A stretch of DNA of 24,367 nucleotides from a virus. Lineage: Duplodnaviria > Caudoviricetes. This document shows positions 7,949-15,882 of the stretch, piece after piece (the first letter of the stretch is position 1; each line of letters begins with the position of its first letter). The stretch is from positions 1 through 24,367 of IMG/VR virus record IMGVR_UViG_3300030708_000075, one strand, 5' to 3'. The notes below the pieces were generated by a model. That model saw only the letters and a list, made by a program, of their open reading frames with translations. It was not told the origin of the DNA and did no database searches. The position numbers and the translations under genes were made by a program.

Positions 7949-9763
7949 ATGGCAACGTATAAGGAAATAAAAGGCGTAACAATACAAACACTAGACAGCG
8001 ATCCAGTCGTAAATGCAGGATCATGGGCAGCTGGTGGTAATTTAAATGATGCAAGATCAGAGCTAGGAGGAGTAGGAACTCAAACAGCTGCGTTATGTAT
8101 TGGTGGTCAAACCCCACCTGAAACAGGTAACACTGAAACGTATGATGGTTCTAGTTGGACTGAAGTAAATAATTTAAACAATGCTAGAAGATTAACACAA
8201 GGAATGGGTACAGTTTATACTGCGGCTTTTGCTGTTGGTGGTTATCAACCTCCAGGTTATACAAATCAAGTAGAATCTTGGGATGGTTCTTCTTGGACTG
8301 AAACTACAGAAACAAATTCAAATAAAGGTGCTGGTGGTCAAGCAGGAACATCAACAGCAGGAATTGCTTTTGCTGGAGTGCCTCCTGCACCAATGGCAAC
8401 TAATGAATATTGGAATGGATCTTCTTGGACTGAACTTAATGATCTTAATACAGGAAGAAGAAACTTAGGAAGTGCGGGAACAGCATACACAGCTGCTATA
8501 GCTTTTGGAGGAGAAGCTCCATCTATTTCGGCTGTAGCAGAAATTTTTGATGGCACAAGTTGGACTGAAGTCGGAGATATGAACACAGGTAGAGCAGAAA
8601 TTGCAGCAGCAGGTACCTCTACAGCAGGATTAGCTGTTGGTGGAAATACTCCTTCTCCTAATACTGCACAGGTTGAAGCATGGGATGGTACAAGTTGGAC
8701 TGAGGTAAATGATTTAGCAACTAGTAGAAGGTCGTTAAATTCACAATCATCTAATAGTAGCACATCAGCATTGACTTTCGGTGGTTATACTACAACATAT
8801 GTTGCAAACACAGAAGAATTTTCTTTTCCACCTCCAACAGCATCTTTCTTAACAGAAGGTTTTGTATTTTTATCTGGAGGCACAACGTTAAAAGGTTTTG
8901 GAAAAGGCGCTGGAATACCTGCTGCAACATGGGCTAGTGGTGGTAATTTAAACACAGGTAGATATGGAGCTTATAGTTCAGGAACTCAAACAGCTGCTTT
9001 ATGTGCTGGTGGAGATTTAGGACCATCTACAACTAATACTGAGGCGTATAACGGAAATTCTTGGACAGAATTAAATAATATGAATACGGCAAGATATTCT
9101 GCAGCTGATCACGGTATAGGAACTCAAACAGCTGCTTTAGCAGTTTCAGGTTATACTCCAGGTCCTAATACTAATGTCACTAATGTTGAATCTTGGGATG
9201 GCTCAAACTGGACAGAAGTTGGAGATGTAAACACAGGAAGAAGAGGTGGGGCTCCAGCAGGAATACAAACATCTGGATTATTTTTTGGAGGAACAGGAGG
9301 AAAAGCACTTACAGAATCATGGAATGGATCTGCGTGGACGGAAGTATCGGATTTAAGCACAGCAAGAGAAGAACTTGGAGGATGTGGATCATCTAATACG
9401 TCAGCTATTGCAATAAGTGGTTCAGAACCACCAGAAACAGCAAATGTTGAAACTTGGAATGGATCTAGTTGGACAGAAGTTGGAAATGTAAATAATCCAA
9501 GATCTGCACTTGCAGCTTCAGGAACAACAAGTGGAGCATTAGCTTTTGGTGGTGCACCTGGCACAAAAGCCAATACAGAATTTTGGAATGGATCTAGTTG
9601 GACAGAAGTAAATGATCTTAGCACCGCAAGAAATAGATTATCTGCATCAAAAACAAGTGGTGTAACTGCTTTAGCTTTTTCTGGAAGTCCAGGAGGAACT
9701 GCTGAAACAGCAACAGAAGAATTTACAGCAGATAATACTTTAGCTGATGTAAGTTTCGACTAG
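7949..9763 (+). CDS. Kelch-like double beta-propeller protein, putative adhesin
   Basis: 604 aa; same architecture as 6111..7946. Confidence 0.8.
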   Translation: MATYKEIKGVTIQTLDSDPVVNAGSWAAGGNLNDARSELGGVGTQTAALCIGGQTPPETGNTETYDGSSWTEVNNLNNARRLTQGMGTVYTAAFAVGGYQPPGYTNQVESWDGSSWTETTETNSNKGAGGQAGTSTAGIAFAGVPPAPMATNEYWNGSSWTELNDLNTGRRNLGSAGTAYTAAIAFGGEAPSISAVAEIFDGTSWTEVGDMNTGRAEIAAAGTSTAGLAVGGNTPSPNTAQVEAWDGTSWTEVNDLATSRRSLNSQSSNSSTSALTFGGYTTTYVANTEEFSFPPPTASFLTEGFVFLSGGTTLKGFGKGAGIPAATWASGGNLNTGRYGAYSSGTQTAALCAGGDLGPSTTNTEAYNGNSWTELNNMNTARYSAADHGIGTQTAALAVSGYTPGPNTNVTNVESWDGSNWTEVGDVNTGRRGGAPAGIQTSGLFFGGTGGKALTESWNGSAWTEVSDLSTAREELGGCGSSNTSAIAISGSEPPETANVETWNGSSWTEVGNVNNPRSALAASGTTSGALAFGGAPGTKANTEFWNGSSWTEVNDLSTARNRLSASKTSGVTALAFSGSPGGTAETATEEFTADNTLADVSFD

Positions 9764-9765
9764 AC

Positions 9766-9793
9766 TTGACCTTTTTATAGAAAGGTATATAAA
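9766..9793 (+). promoter_or_regulatory. Putative sigma70-type promoter for the coiled-coil/oxygenase cassette
   Basis: (C)TTGACC-N16-TATAAA in the longest intergenic gap, followed by AAGGAG SD before ATG 9821. Confidence 0.6.
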
Positions 9794-9820
9794 GAATTTA
9801 GAAATGATAAAGGAGAAAAT

Positions 9821-10486
9821 ATGTCAAAAGAAAAACGTAATATAGCAACCAAGCTAGAAACAGAGTCAAAGTATTTAACAAACATCTTAGATAAAGATGA
9901 TGTTAAAAGTTTTAAAAAATTAATACCCGAACTACAAGATACATGGATGAAAAAACAAATGTTTCGTACAGAAACAGAAATGAGATTCTCTGTGTTATCA
10001 GATAACAAATATCCAACCAAAGCTGCAAAGTATTGGCAGTCTGTTAGAGAACAGAATACACACTTTGAAAACTTAGTGCATCTATCTTTTGATGCGAGAA
10101 AAAATGAAGTTGAGATAAAAAAACTACAAAGAGATATTAAAAAAGAAAAAGATCCATTAGAGAAAGAACTTAAACAAGTTGAACTAGAAGAAAAATTATA
10201 TGCAAAAGCACAAATGGAATTAGTTGCTAAACATAGAATGAGAGAAGTAGCCACTTGGTCTAAACTTAAAAAAGAGTTTGATGATGGTAACTTTGATAAA
10301 GAAGATGTTAACACGCACCAAGCAAAATCATATCTATTAAGATTTCAAAGACAAAAAGAAACCATAACTCCTGGCACCACACAACCAGAAGTGTTTAATA
10401 TACTAGGTCAACTAGAGGCTTTGGAAAAAGGTTTAAAAGAAAAAACCTTGTCTTTAGATAGTAAAAAAACTAAAAAATTAAAATGA
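9821..10486 (+). CDS. Charged coiled-coil hypothetical protein (possible fibre assembly factor)
   Basis: 221 aa, Lys/Glu-rich helical sequence, good SD. Confidence 0.75.
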   Translation: MSKEKRNIATKLETESKYLTNILDKDDVKSFKKLIPELQDTWMKKQMFRTETEMRFSVLSDNKYPTKAAKYWQSVREQNTHFENLVHLSFDARKNEVEIKKLQRDIKKEKDPLEKELKQVELEEKLYAKAQMELVAKHRMREVATWSKLKKEFDDGNFDKEDVNTHQAKSYLLRFQRQKETITPGTTQPEVFNILGQLEALEKGLKEKTLSLDSKKTKKLK

Positions 10487-11145
10487 AGTTTGACTTTGTC
10501 TATCTAGGGCAAACCGTTTTAAAATATCAAGTCCCTTTAGAAATTTTTGTAGGTCTTAATGAGATCTATGAAAAACAAAAGAAACAATTACCAAAAGCTA
10601 ACAAGCAATTAGTAGGTAAAATACAAGACGAAGTATCTTTGTTTTATTCTGGTCCTAACAATGATAAAATGCATCAACATTGTTTTTTACCACAAGATAT
10701 ATTGAAATGGTTTATGTCTATCTTTGACCACTACACAGAATGGAACAAGATTGGTCCAACAAACAAATCTATAAATTCTATTTGGGTTAATGAAATGAAA
10801 GCACACGAGTACAATCCTGTGCACATACATCAAGGTAAACTTTATACAGGTTTGTCTTCTGTAATGATTATGAAATTACCTAAAGAAACAGGTGTAGAAT
10901 ATTCAGCAGAATCAAAACCCATGAATGGTAGACTACAGATTATCGGTGCAGCTAACGGACAATTTTCTAAAACAGATTATTCACCAAATATGAAAATAGG
11001 AGACTTTTATGTTTTTCCGTACGACATGAGACACTGCGTATATCCATTTAACGGAACCAAAGAAACTAGGAGAACATTAGTTTGTAATGTGGATATTGAT
11101 TACAATCCTGTAGCATCACGAACTGGATCGGGACAAAACGAATGA
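10483..11145 (+). CDS. Putative 2OG-Fe(II) oxygenase, HxH type (TIGR02466-like)
   Basis: WVN...YNPVHIH...FPYDMRHCVYPF...RRTLVCN double-stranded beta-helix motifs. Confidence 0.8.
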   Translation: MKFDFVYLGQTVLKYQVPLEIFVGLNEIYEKQKKQLPKANKQLVGKIQDEVSLFYSGPNNDKMHQHCFLPQDILKWFMSIFDHYTEWNKIGPTNKSINSIWVNEMKAHEYNPVHIHQGKLYTGLSSVMIMKLPKETGVEYSAESKPMNGRLQIIGAANGQFSKTDYSPNMKIGDFYVFPYDMRHCVYPFNGTKETRRTLVCNVDIDYNPVASRTGSGQNE

Positions 11146-11735
11146 CACAAGTACCACGAATGCCCGCATGGCAATCTTATGTTGCCATAACAACACAACC
11201 AATGTTTTCACCAGAGCAATGTAAAATGATTATTGATGCTGGTCATCAATGTGCACCAGAACAGGCAAAAGTTGGTGGTGGGGAAAAAGGTAAGTATGAT
11301 ACCAAGAAACGAGTAACAACCATATCTTGGATACCTTTTAATAAACTACCACAGATGTACAAAGTAATTGAAAACCAATTATCAATCGTAAATTTAAATC
11401 ATTTTATGTTTGATGGTGTACGACTTACGGAACCTGCACAATTTACGGTGTATCCTAAAAAAGGTTTTTATGATTGGCACATGGATCTAAACGCTTTTGG
11501 TCAACAAGGTCAGAATCCAATACGTAAAATATCTATGACTTGTTTGTTATCAGATCCATCAGAGTTTACAGGTGGTGAATTAACTTTTTCAGAAATGGGT
11601 GATCAAAAACCACTGCCCTTGAAACAAGGACAAGCAATATTCTTTGCATCATTTTTACGACACAAAGTTGCACCTGTTAAAAAAGGTGTAAGAAAATCTC
11701 TAGTGATGTGGTTTGGAGGACCACCATTTAAATGA
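11142..11735 (+). CDS. 2OG-Fe(II) oxygenase, prolyl-4-hydroxylase/PKHD-like
   Basis: YDWHMD...RKIS...FTGGEL...FASFLRHKVAPVKKGVRKSLVMW: HxD...H triad and RxS 2OG-binding motif. Confidence 0.88.
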   Translation: MTQVPRMPAWQSYVAITTQPMFSPEQCKMIIDAGHQCAPEQAKVGGGEKGKYDTKKRVTTISWIPFNKLPQMYKVIENQLSIVNLNHFMFDGVRLTEPAQFTVYPKKGFYDWHMDLNAFGQQGQNPIRKISMTCLLSDPSEFTGGELTFSEMGDQKPLPLKQGQAIFFASFLRHKVAPVKKGVRKSLVMWFGGPPFK

Positions 11736-12340
11736 GTAAACTTATAAGAAAGATATTATTTCCAACTGCTGTATATTTTAAAGATATACCTAACGCTAAA
11801 GAACTTAATAAATATTTATTTAAAGAAATAAAAAAGTGGCGCAAGGCAGATCCTGAAGGGGAAAAGAAAACCAATTCTGGTTTTGGTTGGCATAGTAAAA
11901 CTGATATGGATAGACGAAAAGAATATAAACCTTTGATAGAAGAATTATTTAAAATGGCTTACGAGTGTAATCAAGACTATGGTATCGAAGGTAAACTAGG
12001 ACTGGGTAATATGTGGGCTAATATTAATCCAACATATAGTTATAATAAACTTCATACTCACCCTAATTCAATGTGGTCAGGTGTATATTATATTAAAGTA
12101 CCAAAAAAATCAGGTCATTTATATTTAGAAGATCCTAGACCAGGACCTAATATAGTTATGCCTAGAAGAGTAAAAGATATGCCGGAAGCATTGTGGAGAG
12201 TTTGTGCTTATGAACCTGTAGAAGGTCGCATGATATTCTTTCCATCTTGGCTTCCTCATGGTGTTGATATAAATATGAATACAGAAAAAGGCGAAAAAAA
12301 TTGGAGAATATCTGTATCCTATAATTTTATACAATTATGA
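11732..12340 (+). CDS. Putative 2OG-Fe(II) oxygenase, HxH type (TIGR02466-like)
   Basis: WANIN...NKLHTHPNSMWSGVYY...DPRP...FFPSWLPHGV...RISVSYN. Confidence 0.85.
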   Translation: MSKLIRKILFPTAVYFKDIPNAKELNKYLFKEIKKWRKADPEGEKKTNSGFGWHSKTDMDRRKEYKPLIEELFKMAYECNQDYGIEGKLGLGNMWANINPTYSYNKLHTHPNSMWSGVYYIKVPKKSGHLYLEDPRPGPNIVMPRRVKDMPEALWRVCAYEPVEGRMIFFPSWLPHGVDINMNTEKGEKNWRISVSYNFIQL

Positions 12341-12987
12341 GTTTTAAAAAAAATAAATATCAAGTTATACGTGGTGCTATATCAAAAGAGATAGCAGACG
12401 TGGCATATAGATATTTACAAATATCAGCAGAAGCAGATTACTGGATGTTAAATAATGGTGTAACACACGTTGGTAATTCTTTAGTTGGTAATTTTAACGA
12501 TCCACAAGTTCCAAACTCTTATGCTAAATATAGTGATAGACTTATGGAAACATTGTTGGTTAAAACCATAGATGTGATGCAAAAAAAAACAGGACTTAAA
12601 TTAGTGCCTACATATTCTTACACAAGACTCTATAGAAAAGGCAATATATTACGAAGACACAAAGATAGACCTAGCTGTGAAATATCCACTACACTTAATC
12701 TAGGTGGAGATAACTGGCCTATATTTATCGATCCTACGGGGTCTAACAACGTCATAGACGAGTATAAAAACATACATAAGCCTGGTGCACCTAAAGGTGT
12801 AAAAGTAGACTTAAAACCAGGAGATATGCTTATCTACTCTGGTTGTGAACTAGAGCACTGGCGAGAGCCTTTTGAGGGTGATTTATGTGGTCAGGTGTTT
12901 TTACACTATAATCATGCAGATGGAAGGTTTGCAAAGTCTAATTTGTATGATAAAAGACCAATGCTAGGAATAGTCAAAACTCGTTGA
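12337..12987 (+). CDS. Putative 2OG-Fe(II) oxygenase, HxD type
   Basis: YSYTRLY...LRRHKDRPSCEISTTL...PGDMLIYSGCELEHWREPF. Confidence 0.78.
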   Translation: MSFKKNKYQVIRGAISKEIADVAYRYLQISAEADYWMLNNGVTHVGNSLVGNFNDPQVPNSYAKYSDRLMETLLVKTIDVMQKKTGLKLVPTYSYTRLYRKGNILRRHKDRPSCEISTTLNLGGDNWPIFIDPTGSNNVIDEYKNIHKPGAPKGVKVDLKPGDMLIYSGCELEHWREPFEGDLCGQVFLHYNHADGRFAKSNLYDKRPMLGIVKTR

Positions 12988-13020
12988 TATACAACGCAAT
13001 CTAATATAATCTGGAGGTCT

Positions 13021-15201
13021 ATGTTACAGAAGATAGGATTTCAACCTGGTATAAATAAACAAATTACACCAACGACTGCAGAGGGTCAGTGGATTGATTG
13101 TGATAATGTTCGTTTTAGATATGGTACACCTGAAAAAATAGGTGGTTGGAAGCAATTAGGTGAAAGTAATTTAACAGGTGCAGGACGTGGTTTACATCAC
13201 TATGTAAATAGTCTAGGTCGAAAATACGCAATCATTGGCACAAACAGAATTTTATATGCATACTCAGGTGGTGTATTTTATGACATACATCCTATTAAAT
13301 CTACAACAACGCTTACAAATGCATTTACCACGACCAACGGAGAAACAGCTGTTACAATAACTTTTAGTGGAGATCATGGCATATCAGCAGGAGACATAAT
13401 ACTACTGGATAATTTTAGTGCGATAACCAATTCTAATTTTTCATCGACAGATTTTGATAATAAAAAATTTATGGTAACAACTGTGCCGACTAGTACGACA
13501 CTTACCGTAACTATGCCTTCGAACGAATCAGGATCTGGTGCATCAGAATCAGGAGGTATTAGAGTTCAACATTATTATCCTGTAGGACCAGCAGTTCAAG
13601 CAAAAGGTTTTGGTTGGTCTTTAGGAACTTGGGGTGGTGAAGAGGTAGGAGCTTTTACAACAACACTATCTGGTGCAATTAACTCATCAGCTACAACTAG
13701 TATTACATTAGCAGATCCATCACAATTTCCAAGTTCGGGTACAAACTTTTTATTAATAGGCACAGAAGAAATATCTTATACAGGAATCAATACATCCAAC
13801 GAGTTAACAGGTGTAATAAGAGGTGTGAGAAATACGACAGCTGCATCTCACGGTGCTGGAGATACGATAACTAGTACAGCAAACTATGTAGCATGGGGTG
13901 AAGCTGCATCTGGTGATTTAGTATTAGAACCAGGTATGTGGTCACTTGACAACTTTGGTGACAAAGCAATTTGTTTAATACATGATAGTGCAGTGTTTGA
14001 ATGGGATTCATCTTTATCAAATGCAACAGATACAAGAGCAACAATTATATCTGGTGCACCGACTGCATCAAGACATATGTTAGTATCTGCTCAACGTCAT
14101 TTAGTATTTTTTGGTACAGAAACAACTATTGGAGACACATCTACACAAGACGATATGTTTATTCGATTTTCGGATCAAGAGGACATAACTAATTATGCAC
14201 AAACGGCAGAAACAACAGCTGGTACAGATAGACTGGCTGATGGATCACAGATCAGAGGAGCCATTAGAGGTCGTGATGCGATTCTTGTTTGGACTGATAC
14301 AGCTTTGTTTACGATGCGTTTTATTGGTTCACCTTTGACTTTTGCATTTACACAAGTTGGAACACACTGTGGACTTGTTGGACAAAACGCTTGTGTTGAA
14401 GTTGATGGTTCTGCATATTGGATGTCAGAAAATGGTTTCTTTAGATATGCAGGTAAATTAGAATCACTACCATGTTTAGTGGAGGATCATGTTTACAATA
14501 ATATAAACTTAGAATCTGGTAATCAAATGGTATCTGCAGGATTAAATAATTTGTTTGGTGAGGTTATGTGGTTTTATCCAACAACAGGATCATCTGTTGT
14601 GAATAGAATGGTTTGTTATAATTATTTTGATTCATCACCACGAAGACCCGTATGGACTGTTGGCACGTTAGCTAGAACCATGTGGGAGGATTCTGCAGTA
14701 TTTGGATCACCACACGCGTTAGAGTATGATGCAGCCACAGATACATCTTTTGATGTCGTGGGCAACACAGAGGGTAGAACAACATACTATGAACATGAAA
14801 CAGGAACTGATCAAGTTAAGGGTGGAGCTGTTACAGCTATTACTGCAAACATTGCATCTGGAGACTTTGATATAAGTCAAAGAACAACTGCATTAGGTCA
14901 AACTACAGGAGCTGCAGACCTTAGAGGAGATGGTGAATTTATAATGAAAATAAGAAGATTTATACCTGACTTTATATCACAAACTGGTAACACACAAGTT
15001 ACACTACAATTAAGAAATTTTCCAAACGATAGTCAAGCTAGCTCATCACTAGGACCATTTACAGTTTCATCATCTACACAAAAAGTAGATACACGAGCAA
15101 GAGCAAGAGCTGTTGCATTAAAAGTAGAAAACACATCGTCTGCTCAAAGTTGGAAATTAGGAACTTTTAGATTAGACATACAACCAGATGGACGTAGATA
15201 A
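13021..15201 (+). CDS. Putative tail nozzle / DNA stabilisation protein (P22 gp10 / tail tubular B-like)
   Basis: 726 aa, GGAGG SD; beta-rich, IRFSDQED and YWMSENGFFRY motifs; located between fibre genes and ejection-like genes. Confidence 0.65.
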   Translation: MLQKIGFQPGINKQITPTTAEGQWIDCDNVRFRYGTPEKIGGWKQLGESNLTGAGRGLHHYVNSLGRKYAIIGTNRILYAYSGGVFYDIHPIKSTTTLTNAFTTTNGETAVTITFSGDHGISAGDIILLDNFSAITNSNFSSTDFDNKKFMVTTVPTSTTLTVTMPSNESGSGASESGGIRVQHYYPVGPAVQAKGFGWSLGTWGGEEVGAFTTTLSGAINSSATTSITLADPSQFPSSGTNFLLIGTEEISYTGINTSNELTGVIRGVRNTTAASHGAGDTITSTANYVAWGEAASGDLVLEPGMWSLDNFGDKAICLIHDSAVFEWDSSLSNATDTRATIISGAPTASRHMLVSAQRHLVFFGTETTIGDTSTQDDMFIRFSDQEDITNYAQTAETTAGTDRLADGSQIRGAIRGRDAILVWTDTALFTMRFIGSPLTFAFTQVGTHCGLVGQNACVEVDGSAYWMSENGFFRYAGKLESLPCLVEDHVYNNINLESGNQMVSAGLNNLFGEVMWFYPTTGSSVVNRMVCYNYFDSSPRRPVWTVGTLARTMWEDSAVFGSPHALEYDAATDTSFDVVGNTEGRTTYYEHETGTDQVKGGAVTAITANIASGDFDISQRTTALGQTTGAADLRGDGEFIMKIRRFIPDFISQTGNTQVTLQLRNFPNDSQASSSLGPFTVSSSTQKVDTRARARAVALKVENTSSAQSWKLGTFRLDIQPDGRR

Positions 15202-15365
15202 TGGCAAAGATAGCACAAGTAATAACTAGACCTAGTAAAGAATATGATTTGTTTACAGCAGAAGCACAAGTTAGAGATCTTGATGCAATCGTAGAAAAAT
15301 TAAATTCAACATTTCAAGAAGATTTAAAAGAGGAGGTAGAAGCATTTAACTTCTTTATTAATTAA
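15201..15365 (+). CDS. Small hypothetical protein, 54 aa (not in ORF track)
   Basis: MAKIAQVITRPSKEYD...EAFNFFIN; TAATG overlaps at both ends fill the gap exactly. Confidence 0.8.
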   Translation: MAKIAQVITRPSKEYDLFTAEAQVRDLDAIVEKLNSTFQEDLKEEVEAFNFFIN

Positions 15366-15694
15366 TGGCTAATTTATTTAAATTTGTAGGAACAGATAAC
15401 AGCACATCAGGAAGCGCTATAAATCCTTTTGGTAGTGGTAATCCTCTAGCAAATGAAACATATGTAATTAAATCTATATTAGTTACATCAGAGGGCACAC
15501 CTACCGTTACAGTTACAAACAATAGTATTACAGCAATAAAATCAGCAGCGTTGACAGCAAACGTTACAACAGAATTACTTACTCAACCATTGGTGGTTGA
15601 GGGTGGTAATACCCTAACCATTCTATCAAGCAACACCAGTTCGTTTGATGTAGCGGTTAGTTATCTAAACATTAAAAAGGAGGTCACAACATAA
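15365..15694 (+). CDS. Small beta-rich virion protein
   Basis: 109 aa; TELLTQPLVVEGGNTL motif; coupled overlaps. Confidence 0.75.
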   Translation: MANLFKFVGTDNSTSGSAINPFGSGNPLANETYVIKSILVTSEGTPTVTVTNNSITAIKSAALTANVTTELLTQPLVVEGGNTLTILSSNTSSFDVAVSYLNIKKEVTT

Positions 15695-15873
15695 TGAAAG
15701 ATATACCAACAATAGAACCAAAAGAGATTATAACAACAATAACAAATATGAAGACAGGCGAGGTCTACAAGGATGATATAGAGTGGAAAGCCAAAGGTAT
15801 ACCAGAATCTGACATAAGAAAAGATGTTAGAGTGATCATGCCTAGTCTTGATTTATTTGGAGAAACAAAATAG
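15694..15873 (+). CDS. Small hypothetical protein, 59 aa (not in ORF track)
   Basis: MKDIPTIEPKE...NMKTGEVYKDD...LFGETK; AAGGAGG SD and TAATG overlap. Confidence 0.8.
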   Translation: MKDIPTIEPKEIITTITNMKTGEVYKDDIEWKAKGIPESDIRKDVRVIMPSLDLFGETK

Positions 15874-15876
15874 AAT
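15848..15876 (+). promoter_or_regulatory. Putative sigma70-type promoter giving a leaderless transcript at ATG 15883
   Basis: TTGATT(15848-53)-N17-TAGAAT(15871-76); predicted +1 is 15883; no SD before this ATG. Confidence 0.55.
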
Positions 15877-15882
15877 AGATAA

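Larger units (their letters stand above)
4923..9730 (+). repeat. About 30 coding Kelch-like repeats across three genes
   Basis: Recurring TGG(A/G)ATGGA..AGTTGGAC.GAAGT core; exact 27-nt copies at 9454-9480 and 9583-9609, exact 22-nt copies at 8980-9001 and 9118-9139. Confidence 0.9.

Noticed and set aside
4923-9730. CRISPR-like array of ~27-nt repeats with variable spacers
   Set aside because: Repeats are degenerate at third codon positions, in frame within long ORFs and about 135 nt apart; no cas genes. They are protein repeats.
4773-9763. Diversity-generating retroelement (TR/VR pair)
   Set aside because: No reverse transcriptase in the window, and no long repeat pair differing only at adenines was seen.
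3966-10314. Minus-strand ORFs (3966..4196, 5240..5524, 7019..7399, 8338..8763, 9151..9624, 9775..10314)
   Set aside because: Antisense shadows of + strand genes, repeating the mirror of the Kelch motif; no recognisable domains.
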